Origin: Chitinophagaceae bacterium | GTDB lineage: Bacteria; Bacteroidota; Bacteroidia; Chitinophagales; Chitinophagaceae | Direction: 5' to 3' | NCBI GenBank assembly: GCA_031414035.1 | Contig: JANOGE010000133.1 | Span: 15,216-79,215, forward strand | Length of the DNA: 64,000 nt | Shown here: positions 56,554 to 64,000 of the stretch, in pieces | Layout of the letters: each line of letters begins with the position of its first letter | Position numbering within the stretch: the stretch's first letter is position 1 | Notes under the pieces: model-generated | Databases searched by the model: none | What the model was told of the DNA's origin: nothing | The model's input: the letters and a program-made list of their open reading frames with translations, nothing else | Translations under genes and position numbers: made by a program

Positions 56554-56964
56554 TCATTTAGTGGCCGCACCCGGCATTTTCTCATATTCTTCATCGCTGG
56601 GGTCCCAAAGTTCCACCCGGTTTCCTTCTCCATCCAATATATGAACAAACTTCCCATATTCATAATTTTCAATGTCTTCAACTATGGGGCACCTTCTTTC
56701 TTTAATTACTCCAGCAATAGGTCTACATGTTCAACCCGGTAATTGACCATGAATTTTTGAGGTGCTTCACCAAAATATTTTGTATCAGCTGTAAACGGGC
56801 TTCATGCAGTCAATCCTTTTTTAGTGGTCATCTGTCTTTCGCCATTCAAAACTGGCTCTATATTGATCCATTCCCATTCCAAGGTGTTTGGCATACCATT
56901 CCTTTTGTTTTTTAGGGTCTATACATTTAAAAAAGACACCGCCAACAGAAGTTATTTTTTTCAT
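56554..56964 (-). pseudogene. Decayed VOC (glyoxalase-fold) family pseudogene
   Basis: ATG 56964 gives MKKITSVGGVFFKCIDPKKQKEWYAKHLGMGMDQYRASFEWRKTDDH then a stop. The homology continues in a second frame (KKGLTA*SPFTADTKYFGEAPQKFMVNYRVEHVDLLLE*LKKEGAP) and a third frame (IVEDIENYEYGKFVHILDGEGNRVELWDPSDEEYEKM). That implies at least 2 frameshifts and 2 in-frame stops. Confidence 0.75.
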
Positions 56965-57137
56965 TTTTTATTTCAATAAAAGAATTATAAAATAATATAC
57001 AACAGCATTTTTGACAATCGGCGATGCAGTAATGAGGGGTTTTTCATAAATATTTATTTTAAGCTCTTTTGCCATTTATTAACAATTGAATTGTGCAATC
57101 GGAATCGTCATTTCATCCTATTGACAAATCAACAGTT

Positions 57138-58022
57138 ATGTTCTCCTTTGCTTTATTTAAAGATGCCCGCTACTTTCAAATCATTTTTCAGGCTGTGTTT
57201 TTAGGCTATGGGATTTTATTTTTGCATTGGAATAATGAAAGCTGGTTATATGCAACCTATTTTATCACAAGCCTGGTTACCCAGTTAATTGGTGAGCTGA
57301 TCTTTGGAGGAAAAGAAATACCCCTATGGCAGCGATTTAAAAAAGGCATTCCCTCTGTTCTCATTTCTTCTTTCGGGCTGAGCCTGTTACTGAAAACAAA
57401 TGAACTATGGATAGCGTTATTTGCTGCGGTTGTTTCCATCCTGTCGAAATATATCATCCGTTTCAGGGGCAAACACATTTTTAATCCCTCTGCACTTGGC
57501 ATCACCGTTGCTGTTCTATTAACCGGCAATGCCTGGATCAGTCCCGGCCAGTGGGGAAGCGGGGTAGTTATACTGTTTGGGGTTTGTTGTTTGGGATTTA
57601 TTGTAACTACCAGGGTTCAAAAGCTGGATGTTAGCCTTTCTTTCATGGGAACTTTTGCTGCGCTGCTCTTTGCCCGGCAGGTCATTTATCTCGGCTGGCC
57701 GATGGACCATTTCATTCAATCGATAAGTACGGGAAGCCTCTTATTGTTCTCCTTTTTCATGATCACCGATCCAAGAACAACACCTGATCATAGATTGGCA
57801 AGAATTTTATGGAGCGCCGCTATTGCCATCATTGCATTTTACTTAGCCACTTTCAAATTTATGAACGGAGCCCCCATACTGGTGCTGGTGCTGGCACAAC
57901 CAATTGTTCCGGTACTCGATATTTTGTTCAGGGGCAGAAAATTTGAGTGGACCTCCCCGAAAAAATATACAATGCATGAAAAGAAATTTCTGCAAACCGT
58001 TTACACCCGGTCATTCATGTGA
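57138..58022 (+). CDS. NqrB/RnfD-family-like polytopic membrane protein (stand-alone)
   Basis: The ORF starts at 57093, with a likely start at ATG 57138. It has about 10 hydrophobic helices. GKHIFNPSALGITVAVLL and LLFSFFMITDPRTTP resemble NqrB/RnfD conserved segments. Confidence 0.5.
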   Translation: MFSFALFKDARYFQIIFQAVFLGYGILFLHWNNESWLYATYFITSLVTQLIGELIFGGKEIPLWQRFKKGIPSVLISSFGLSLLLKTNELWIALFAAVVSILSKYIIRFRGKHIFNPSALGITVAVLLTGNAWISPGQWGSGVVILFGVCCLGFIVTTRVQKLDVSLSFMGTFAALLFARQVIYLGWPMDHFIQSISTGSLLLFSFFMITDPRTTPDHRLARILWSAAIAIIAFYLATFKFMNGAPILVLVLAQPIVPVLDILFRGRKFEWTSPKKYTMHEKKFLQTVYTRSFM

Positions 58023-58046
58023 TCATTTAACTCAAAAATATAAATT

Positions 58047-59522
58047 ATGAAAAAGAAAATTTCTATCATCGGGGGATTCATTCTGTTATCTCCTTTGTTC
58101 TATTCCTTTTGCGGCTTTTATGTAAGCAAGGCAGATGGAACATTAAAAAATAAGACCAGCCAGGTCATTTTGGTAAGGGATGGCAACAGAACGGTGATCA
58201 CCATGTACAATGATTTTAAAGGCGATACCAAAGACTTTGCCATGGTGGTGCCTGTACCTGTTGTATTGCGAAAAGATGACATTAAGGTTGTTGATCAGTC
58301 TGTTTTTCAAAAACTGAATGATTACAGTGCCCCAAGGCTGGTGGAATATTGGGACCAGAATCCATGTTATGGCAATAAAGAAGAAGATAAAATGATGTCG
58401 TTGGCTGGCAGATCTCTAAATGAAGTAGTAGTAACATCCGCCTTTGGATCAAAAAGGTCATCAGTTAAAATTGAGGCTCGGTATTTAGTGGGTGAATATG
58501 ATATTTTAATTCTAAGTGCCAAAGAAAGCAGCGGATTAAAAAACTGGCTGAATGAAAACGGCTATAAAATTCCAGCCAATGCAGAGGAAGTTCTTGACCC
58601 CTACATAAAAAGCAATCTTAAATTTTTTGTAGTAAAAGTAAATGAGAAAGAAAAACAAAAACTGAATAATAATTTTCTCCGCCCTATACAGATCAGCTTT
58701 AACTCCCCAAAATTCATGTTACCCATCCGCCTGGGTATGGCCAATGCCGATGGCGACCAGGACCTGGTCGTGTATGCTTTTACACGCAAAGGCAGAATTG
58801 AAAGCACCAATTACCGCAATGTAGATATAGTAAGCAACAAAAACATTCCGTTGTTTGTACAAAAAAACTTTGGCGCATTTTATGGCAATCTCTTTACCAA
58901 CCAGTGGGATAAGGAAAATAAGAGTGTGGCTTTCCTGGAATATGCCTGGAATGTTACTCCCATCAATCAAATGAAATGCGATCCCTGTGTGGGTAATCCC
59001 CCTACCGAACAGGACCTTGTACAGAGTGGGGTTTGGTGGCTTAATGGAAAAGACTGGAATGATTACAGTGATATTGATAATGACCAACCGGATGATGGCA
59101 ACAGGAATGTTCATTTTACCAGGTTGCATTTTCGCTACAACAGAAGATCATTTGCCCAGGACCTGATGTTCCAGGTTACACCCAACACCCAAAACTTCCA
59201 GGCCAGATATATAATAACACATCCTGCCACCGGCGATTTTAACTGTGAAGCCGGCAAAAGATATTTGCAGGATTTAAAACATAGAAGAAAAAAGGAATTA
59301 ATGGAGTTGACTGTACTAACCGGCACCAATATTAACAACTGGCAGGATGATGCCACAGCAAAAAATGATGAGTTGACAAATAAAGAAGTGCAATACGCAA
59401 CATTATTACCTATTGTAAAAGAAGATATGGACAATAAAAAGACCATCCCGCCAGGAATAATTGTATTGAGTGCAATCATATTAGGCAGTGCAGGATTTAT
59501 GAAATGGAAAGGTTTGGTTTAA
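58047..59522 (+). CDS. DUF2330-like exported protein with C-terminal membrane anchor
   Basis: 491 aa. The signal sequence ends ...LFYSFCGFYV. DFAMVVPVPVV is a motif I associate with DUF2330. The C-terminal hydrophobic helix GIIVLSAIILGSAGFM is followed by KWKG. Confidence 0.55.
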   Translation: MKKKISIIGGFILLSPLFYSFCGFYVSKADGTLKNKTSQVILVRDGNRTVITMYNDFKGDTKDFAMVVPVPVVLRKDDIKVVDQSVFQKLNDYSAPRLVEYWDQNPCYGNKEEDKMMSLAGRSLNEVVVTSAFGSKRSSVKIEARYLVGEYDILILSAKESSGLKNWLNENGYKIPANAEEVLDPYIKSNLKFFVVKVNEKEKQKLNNNFLRPIQISFNSPKFMLPIRLGMANADGDQDLVVYAFTRKGRIESTNYRNVDIVSNKNIPLFVQKNFGAFYGNLFTNQWDKENKSVAFLEYAWNVTPINQMKCDPCVGNPPTEQDLVQSGVWWLNGKDWNDYSDIDNDQPDDGNRNVHFTRLHFRYNRRSFAQDLMFQVTPNTQNFQARYIITHPATGDFNCEAGKRYLQDLKHRRKKELMELTVLTGTNINNWQDDATAKNDELTNKEVQYATLLPIVKEDMDNKKTIPPGIIVLSAIILGSAGFMKWKGLV

Positions 59523-59552
59523 AATTAGGCTTAAGGTTTGGTTTTTGCTCCC

Positions 59553-59572
59553 CCCCCGCCGGCTGGCGGGGG
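59553..59572 (+). terminator. GC-rich terminator hairpin after the DUF2330-like gene
   Basis: CCCCCGCC-ggct-GGCGGGGG is followed by TTCTTAT. Confidence 0.6.
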
Positions 59573-59584
59573 TTCTTATAAAAG

Positions 59585-59616
59585 AAACCCCGTACAGCCT
59601 AAACTGCACAGGGTTT
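59585..59616 (-). terminator. Imperfect terminator hairpin for the minus-strand gene ending at 59641
   Basis: The minus strand reads AAACCCTGTGCAG-tttagg-CTGTACGGGGTTT followed by CTTTTAT. The stem has two mismatches. Confidence 0.5.
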
Positions 59617-59640
59617 ATTTTCGCATTCACCTTTAAAGTA

Positions 59641-60030
59641 TTATTGACCGCTTCCCTGTCCCGGTGGCCTTTGTGGCCTGGTAGAAGGTTCGATCACTTC
59701 AACCCATTGTTTAATTTGTGCTTCTGTAAAGATCAATTTTAATTTAGTATCTCTTGCATCAGCAAGTTCTTTACGTTTTGCCATCAATGCATCACGGTCC
59801 ATACTGCCGCTTGCCCGCATTTCTTCCATTGCCTTTTGCTGGGCATTATAGAAATCCGCAATAATAACATCAGATTTGGCTTTTGTGTCGGCATCCAGGT
59901 TTAAAGGAGCCATTTTTTCAATGGTTGATTTTGTTCTTTCTTCAGGAGTCTGGCGTTGCCCGCCCTGTGCATTTACAGAGGCAATACTGATCGCTACAGC
60001 AAATGCCATTAATACTAATTGTTTTTTCAT
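59641..60030 (-). CDS. Periplasmic helical protein, function unknown (Spy/CpxP-like composition)
   Basis: 129 aa with signal peptide MKKQLVLMAFAVAISIASVNAQ. The body is helical, rich in K/E/A/D, with a Pro/Gly/Gln-rich tail. Confidence 0.5.
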   Translation of the reverse strand: MKKQLVLMAFAVAISIASVNAQGGQRQTPEERTKSTIEKMAPLNLDADTKAKSDVIIADFYNAQQKAMEEMRASGSMDRDALMAKRKELADARDTKLKLIFTEAQIKQWVEVIEPSTRPQRPPGQGSGQ

Positions 60031-60108
60031 TTTTATATTATTTTAGGTTTTTTACTTTTTTAATTAGACGATAAAAATGTATAAATCCGTCGACATTTAT
60101 TATTAGAC

Positions 60109-60591
60109 TTATTTTTTTCTTCCTTCACCACCTCTTCGGTACAAAATTTTAACAAAAAGAGAATCAAATTTTGGTATTTGCACCGGTGTGCAGAGCATTC
60201 TTATATTTTTTAAATGGCTAAACATCTGCAATTCCATCATTTTTTGCGAAACCGCTGACTGTTCAGCGACATTGTTTATGACAGAGTCACTGAAATTACC
60301 GGTTGTCAACTGTTTAAACTGTTTGCCTTTTGAACTCTTTAAACTATCAAACATGTCCATTATATTTTTCCTGTGATTATCGCTTAAAGTATCATATTGT
60401 TGCAATTGTTCAGCACTAAAACCAATTTCATTTTTTAAAAAATGGGTAATCATGGTTTTCCTGTCGGGGCGTTTTTCATGCCTGCTACCATCTTTCTTTA
60501 ATAAGAAAAAAGAAACCATCGCTATATTGGCAACTAATAAAATACCAATGATAGTAAGGAATATCTTGCTTTTATTTTGTGTGTTTATCAT
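60109..60591 (-). CDS. Spy/CpxP-family-like periplasmic protein (membrane-anchored N-terminus)
   Basis: 160 aa with an N-terminal TM helix. FSAEQLQQYDTLSDNHRKN is LTxxQ-like. It is coupled to the upstream gene by a TAATG overlap. Confidence 0.5.
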   Translation of the reverse strand: MINTQNKSKIFLTIIGILLVANIAMVSFFLLKKDGSRHEKRPDRKTMITHFLKNEIGFSAEQLQQYDTLSDNHRKNIMDMFDSLKSSKGKQFKQLTTGNFSDSVINNVAEQSAVSQKMMELQMFSHLKNIRMLCTPVQIPKFDSLFVKILYRRGGEGRKK

Positions 60592-60929
60592 TATGGTTGG
60601 GTATTTTCATTATCATAAATAGTAGCTACCGTATAAGAAAATTCATCAGTTGAATTTTGCACTACCTGTTCTGTTGCTGTTACATCGTTTGAAGTTTTGT
60701 TAGTCAAAATTACTATTCCGTTAATTAGCAAAATCATGCAAAGGCCTGTAAAAGCTACTGCTGGCCTGGTTATAAACCAGCCGGCTTTTTCCCATGCCGA
60801 CACATTCTCTCTGTTCATCCGTGCATGGATACGGGTAAGCAGGAATGGTTTAACTTCTGCACGCTTTACATTATCCACACTGTTAAGTGCTTCTTCGATC
60901 AATTTATTTATTCGCTCCTGATTATTCAT
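60591..60929 (-). CDS. Putative anti-sigma factor-like small membrane protein
   Basis: 112 aa with a single central TM helix (WFITRPAVAFTGLCMILLINGIVIL). It lies directly downstream of the ECF sigma gene. Confidence 0.45.
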   Translation of the reverse strand: MNNQERINKLIEEALNSVDNVKRAEVKPFLLTRIHARMNRENVSAWEKAGWFITRPAVAFTGLCMILLINGIVILTNKTSNDVTATEQVVQNSTDEFSYTVATIYDNENTQP

Positions 60930-60942
60930 AACGTATAATTTA

Positions 60943-61518
60943 TTATTCCGGAATTTTATTGTAATTCTTACTTAATTCTTTTTTTAAATTTGCTTTGGCT
61001 CTTCCCATCAGAGACTCTACTGCAAATAAAGTAGTGTTCATAATTTCAGCTACTTCCCGGTAGCTTCGTCCTTCCAGTTTATGCAACGTAAAAGCAACCC
61101 TTTGTTTATCCGGTATCTGCTTCAATGCATTAAATAACTCACTTGCTCTTTCTTTTTTTTCTAACTGTACGCCCGGGTGGTTAAATTCAACCAGATCAGC
61201 CTGCTCCATTTCTCCCCCCCCCAACAAATGCTGCATAAAACCAAAACGCTTTTTGCTTTTCTTTTTCTTTTCATGATCAAGTGCTTTACCAAGTGTAATG
61301 CGATAAAGCCATGTTGAAAATTTGGAATCGCCCCTGAAAGAACTTACCGACTGATACACCTGGATAAAAACTTCCTGTGTAATATCATCTGCATCATCTG
61401 CCTGTTGAACTATTCCCAATGCCGTATTATAAACCATATCCTGGTATTCGTCAACCAGCTTTTTAAAAGCCGACTCATCTCCCTGCTGCAGTTGTACAAT
61501 TAATTCCGGCTGGTTCAA
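60943..61518 (-). CDS. ECF-type RNA polymerase sigma-70 family factor
   Basis: 191 aa with an apparent TTG start. Region 2 is VYNTALGIVQQADDADDITQEVFIQVY ... FSTWLYRI. Region 4 is RVAFTLHKLEGRSYREVAEIMNTTLFAVESLMGRAK. Confidence 0.85.
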   Translation of the reverse strand: MNQPELIVQLQQGDESAFKKLVDEYQDMVYNTALGIVQQADDADDITQEVFIQVYQSVSSFRGDSKFSTWLYRITLGKALDHEKKKKSKKRFGFMQHLLGGGEMEQADLVEFNHPGVQLEKKERASELFNALKQIPDKQRVAFTLHKLEGRSYREVAEIMNTTLFAVESLMGRAKANLKKELSKNYNKIPE

Positions 61519-61550
61519 TACATTTCATTTTTTGTATGGCCTAAATTTAA

Positions 61551-64000
61551 TTAAAACGGCCGATATCCACCCTGTCCCCCCATTCTGTCCCGGTCCATGC
61601 CTGAATTATTATTTGTTGTTTTTGCTGTCCCAAAATTCTTAAGACTATAAGTAAAGGTGAGCATAAAATACTGCTGCAGCACCTGGTTTTGTACATCCTG
61701 GATATATGATTCTGTAACTGTACGGGTAATGCTTTGATTTTGTTTCAACAGGTCAAACACAGTAAGTTTTAATTCTGCCTGTTGCTTTTTCAGGAATTTT
61801 TTTCCAATACCTGCATTCCACAACCAGTAATTCTGATTAAACCCGTCAGTCAATCCACTGTAAGCCTGGTGGTTCAGATCATTTTGAATAAACCAGCCTT
61901 TCTTCGACAGTAAATTCAATTGCAGGCCTGCAGATTGTGATACATATTTATTGTTTAGCTGTGGTTGAATTGAATTTTTTGCATCGCTGAAATTGATAGA
62001 ATAATTAACATTGAAATCAATAAACTCACTGATATTGCTGGCAATCACTGCCCCGGCATTATAGGTATACGACCTGGAAGTATTAGGTACATTATTAATT
62101 AACCCCGGTATGTTGCTATAAGTTATCCCGCCATTGATACTTAAGTTAGACTTAATGAATTTCAGCGGTATGGCATACGTTAAAAAAGAACGCAGGCTCC
62201 AGTATCCATCCATATTCACCGGTTTTGATAATTGTGACCCTTTAAACAAAGTAACAGAGCTGTTTAATACACTGTCCTGCGAGGCAGTATAAGTGGCATT
62301 GGTTATATAATTGCTGTTTTGTTGTATGAACACGTTTGCAAAAAAGCTTTTTGATTTACCGGTATTGGTATAGGTATATCTTCCGCTCAGGGTATTACCA
62401 AACTGCTGTTTAAGGGTTGGGTTACCGGTTGTAATAAACAGGGGATTGTTATTATTGTATACATCCTGCAATTGTGTAACAGTAGGTGTATTGGTATTGG
62501 CACGGTAAAATAAACGGATACTGTTTTTTGCATTTATTTTTTTCATCCACATTAAATTAGGCAATATATTATTGAATGTTTTACTCAGGCTGGCTGCGGT
62601 TGGATATACCCGGTCGCTGGCAAGTAACGTGTTCTGGTAAGTTAATCCAACCGAAAACATATTATCCCTGTCACCCACTCGGTAACTGGTACCTACACTG
62701 TGTTTGGTAATTACATTATCAAATTTATTTGACAGTGAATCATCAAATACTGAATATTTTCCGCCTGTATAATCATACTGGTAAACTTCCTGGTCTGAAT
62801 TGTTTTTTGAATAAGACGGGGAATAATTAAACTGTAGCTGTCCTTTTTTACCAATGGGTTCCGTATAAGAGATGTTAGCAGACAGCTGGTAGCCATTTGT
62901 TAACAGGTTGGTATATTGCTGAAGTGAATCTTTGATATTTCCGGTAGGCTTGTAATAGTAATTTATACTTTGAACATAGGTATCTCCGTCTTTATTATTC
63001 AGGGCCGTATTAAAGTTTACCGAAACAGTTCTTCCTCTTTTAGCAAAGGAATGGCGAAACAAAATATTGTTATTAAAATTATAGCCAGAAGTTTTATTCT
63101 CCGTATTATTAATTGATTGGCTGATCGGATCTGTTGAGGAATAAGCATTATCTCCCAATATATTTTTGATTGATTTATTGTTTTGAAAACTAAAACTTGG
63201 GCTGATCATTAATGAATTACTGGAATCGATCTTATAATTCAGACGAAAGTTGATGCGGTGATTATCATTTACTGTATTTGATAGTGAATTTTCATCATAA
63301 AACTGGTTTTTACCTGAGGTTTGGAAACTTTCAGTATTAGATACCTGGTCGTTGTTAGTATTACTGTTGTTGAAAAAATAACTGCCCGAAACATCCACTT
63401 TTTTACTCCACACATCAGAATAATTTAAACCAAATGAATTGGTTTTGCTGATCCCGTTTTGCTGGCCTACGGTAAAGTTGTTTCCGCCACCGCCAAAATT
63501 ACCACCGCCGCCACTACCACCACCTCGGTTACCGCCACCGCCACGATTACCCCCTCCGCTGCTGCTGCTGGTAACACCCAAAAGGTCCTGCGAAGCAAAA
63601 TTCTGCTGATTAACATTATTGGTCAATCCTACAAAAGTTAAGCGCAGGTTTTTCTTAAACATACTCATATTCCCACCGGCACTATATCTTCCCTCTGTTC
63701 CTGCCCCTGCATATACTCTTCCAAACTGGCCACTACGCATATTTGCCTTGGTTACAATATTAATAGACTTGGTACTGTTGCCATCATCAAAGCCCGTAAA
63801 TGCAGCCTGGTCACTTAGCCTGTCAAATACCTGTATCTTATCAATTACCGATGCCGGTAAATTTCTTAATGCTGCAGTAGCATCATCACCAAAGAAATCA
63901 CGTCCGTCAACCGTTACTTTTCTGACCTGTTCGCCTGCAGCGGTTACATTACCATCTTTATCTATTGTTACACCAGGTAATTTTTTAATCATGTCTTCTG
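61551..64000 (-). CDS. TonB-dependent-receptor-like outer-membrane beta-barrel protein (5' end outside window)
   Basis: The frame is open to the window edge. A plug-like segment (LPGVTIDKDGNVTAAGEQVRKVTVDGRDFFGDD) is followed by a long Asn/Ser/Tyr-rich barrel and a Gly/Asn low-complexity loop. Confidence 0.75.
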   Translation of the reverse strand, partial: EDMIKKLPGVTIDKDGNVTAAGEQVRKVTVDGRDFFGDDATAALRNLPASVIDKIQVFDRLSDQAAFTGFDDGNSTKSINIVTKANMRSGQFGRVYAGAGTEGRYSAGGNMSMFKKNLRLTFVGLTNNVNQQNFASQDLLGVTSSSSGGGNRGGGGNRGGGSGGGGNFGGGGNNFTVGQQNGISKTNSFGLNYSDVWSKKVDVSGSYFFNNSNTNNDQVSNTESFQTSGKNQFYDENSLSNTVNDNHRINFRLNYKIDSSNSLMISPSFSFQNNKSIKNILGDNAYSSTDPISQSINNTENKTSGYNFNNNILFRHSFAKRGRTVSVNFNTALNNKDGDTYVQSINYYYKPTGNIKDSLQQYTNLLTNGYQLSANISYTEPIGKKGQLQFNYSPSYSKNNSDQEVYQYDYTGGKYSVFDDSLSNKFDNVITKHSVGTSYRVGDRDNMFSVGLTYQNTLLASDRVYPTAASLSKTFNNILPNLMWMKKINAKNSIRLFYRANTNTPTVTQLQDVYNNNNPLFITTGNPTLKQQFGNTLSGRYTYTNTGKSKSFFANVFIQQNSNYITNATYTASQDSVLNSSVTLFKGSQLSKPVNMDGYWSLRSFLTYAIPLKFIKSNLSINGGITYSNIPGLINNVPNTSRSYTYNAGAVIASNISEFIDFNVNYSINFSDAKNSIQPQLNNKYVSQSAGLQLNLLSKKGWFIQNDLNHQAYSGLTDGFNQNYWLWNAGIGKKFLKKQQAELKLTVFDLLKQNQSITRTVTESYIQDVQNQVLQQYFMLTFTYSLKNFGTAKTTNNNSGMDRDRMGGQGGYRPF

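Noticed and set aside
56293-56915. Plus-strand ORFs 56293-56742 (149 aa) and 56727-56915 (62 aa), and the N-terminal 66 residues of minus ORF 55959-56681
   Set aside because: They overlap the VOC pseudogene and the 55959-56483 gene. The minus-strand VOC homology across three frames explains the open frames. The real downstream gene begins at the signal-peptide Met at 56483.
1-64000. Search for rRNA, tRNA, tmRNA, RNase P, riboswitches, transposases, integrases, restriction-modification or other known defence genes
   Set aside because: I could not recognise any conserved cores (for example GGTTCGAATCC-type T-arms or the RNase P GAGGAAAGTCC), and no ORF has such motifs. This check was by eye only and should be confirmed with tRNAscan-SE, Infernal and defence-system HMMs.

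Overview
This 64-kb segment looks like Bacteroidota chromosome, probably Chitinophagaceae/Sphingobacteriia-like. Supporting signs are a T9SS C-terminal sorting domain, CarboxypepD_reg-type TonB-dependent receptors, DUF5916/DUF2911/DUF1801-type proteins, no Shine-Dalgarno sequences, and a TAnnTTTG-type promoter box. I support about 60 CDS, 1 pseudogene, 4 repeat features and several hairpin terminators. I found no rRNA, tRNA, CRISPR array, transposase, integrase or recognisable phage or defence genes, so most of the window reads as core genome.

Layout:
- 1-16.3 kb: secreted and outer-membrane proteins (BNR propeller, TonB receptor, DPP-IV, DUF5916), a 4-gene redox/detox operon, and a coaX-OMP-lptC operon.
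- 17.1-31.3 kb: a glycan-biosynthesis locus with 8 putative glycosyltransferases, 2 methyltransferases, a GMD-like SDR, 2 TPR proteins and an orphan MeaB GTPase. No Wzx/Wzy/ABC exporter or priming transferase is present.
- 31.4-47 kb: housekeeping genes typA, uvrB and polA, interspersed with a TlpA-like thioredoxin, a 1196-aa T9SS cargo protein and an orphan ParA-esterase-lipoprotein trio.
- 48.6-56.5 kb: a minus-strand array of 13 small stress/detox-type genes.
- 56.5-59.6 kb: a decayed VOC pseudogene followed by the only plus-strand genes in this part of the window, an NqrB/RnfD-like membrane protein plus a DUF2330-like anchored exported protein.
- 59.6-64 kb: an ECF sigma operon plus a partial outer-membrane barrel.

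The most unusual items are:
- the RnfD-like/DUF2330 cassette;
- a 15-unit heptanucleotide tandem array abutting a stop codon and lying upstream of coaX;
- two copies of a long palindromic MITE/REP-like element bracketing doxX;
- a GMD-like SDR with substituted catalytic residues inside the glycan locus.

All family assignments come from motif recognition by eye. No searches were run.
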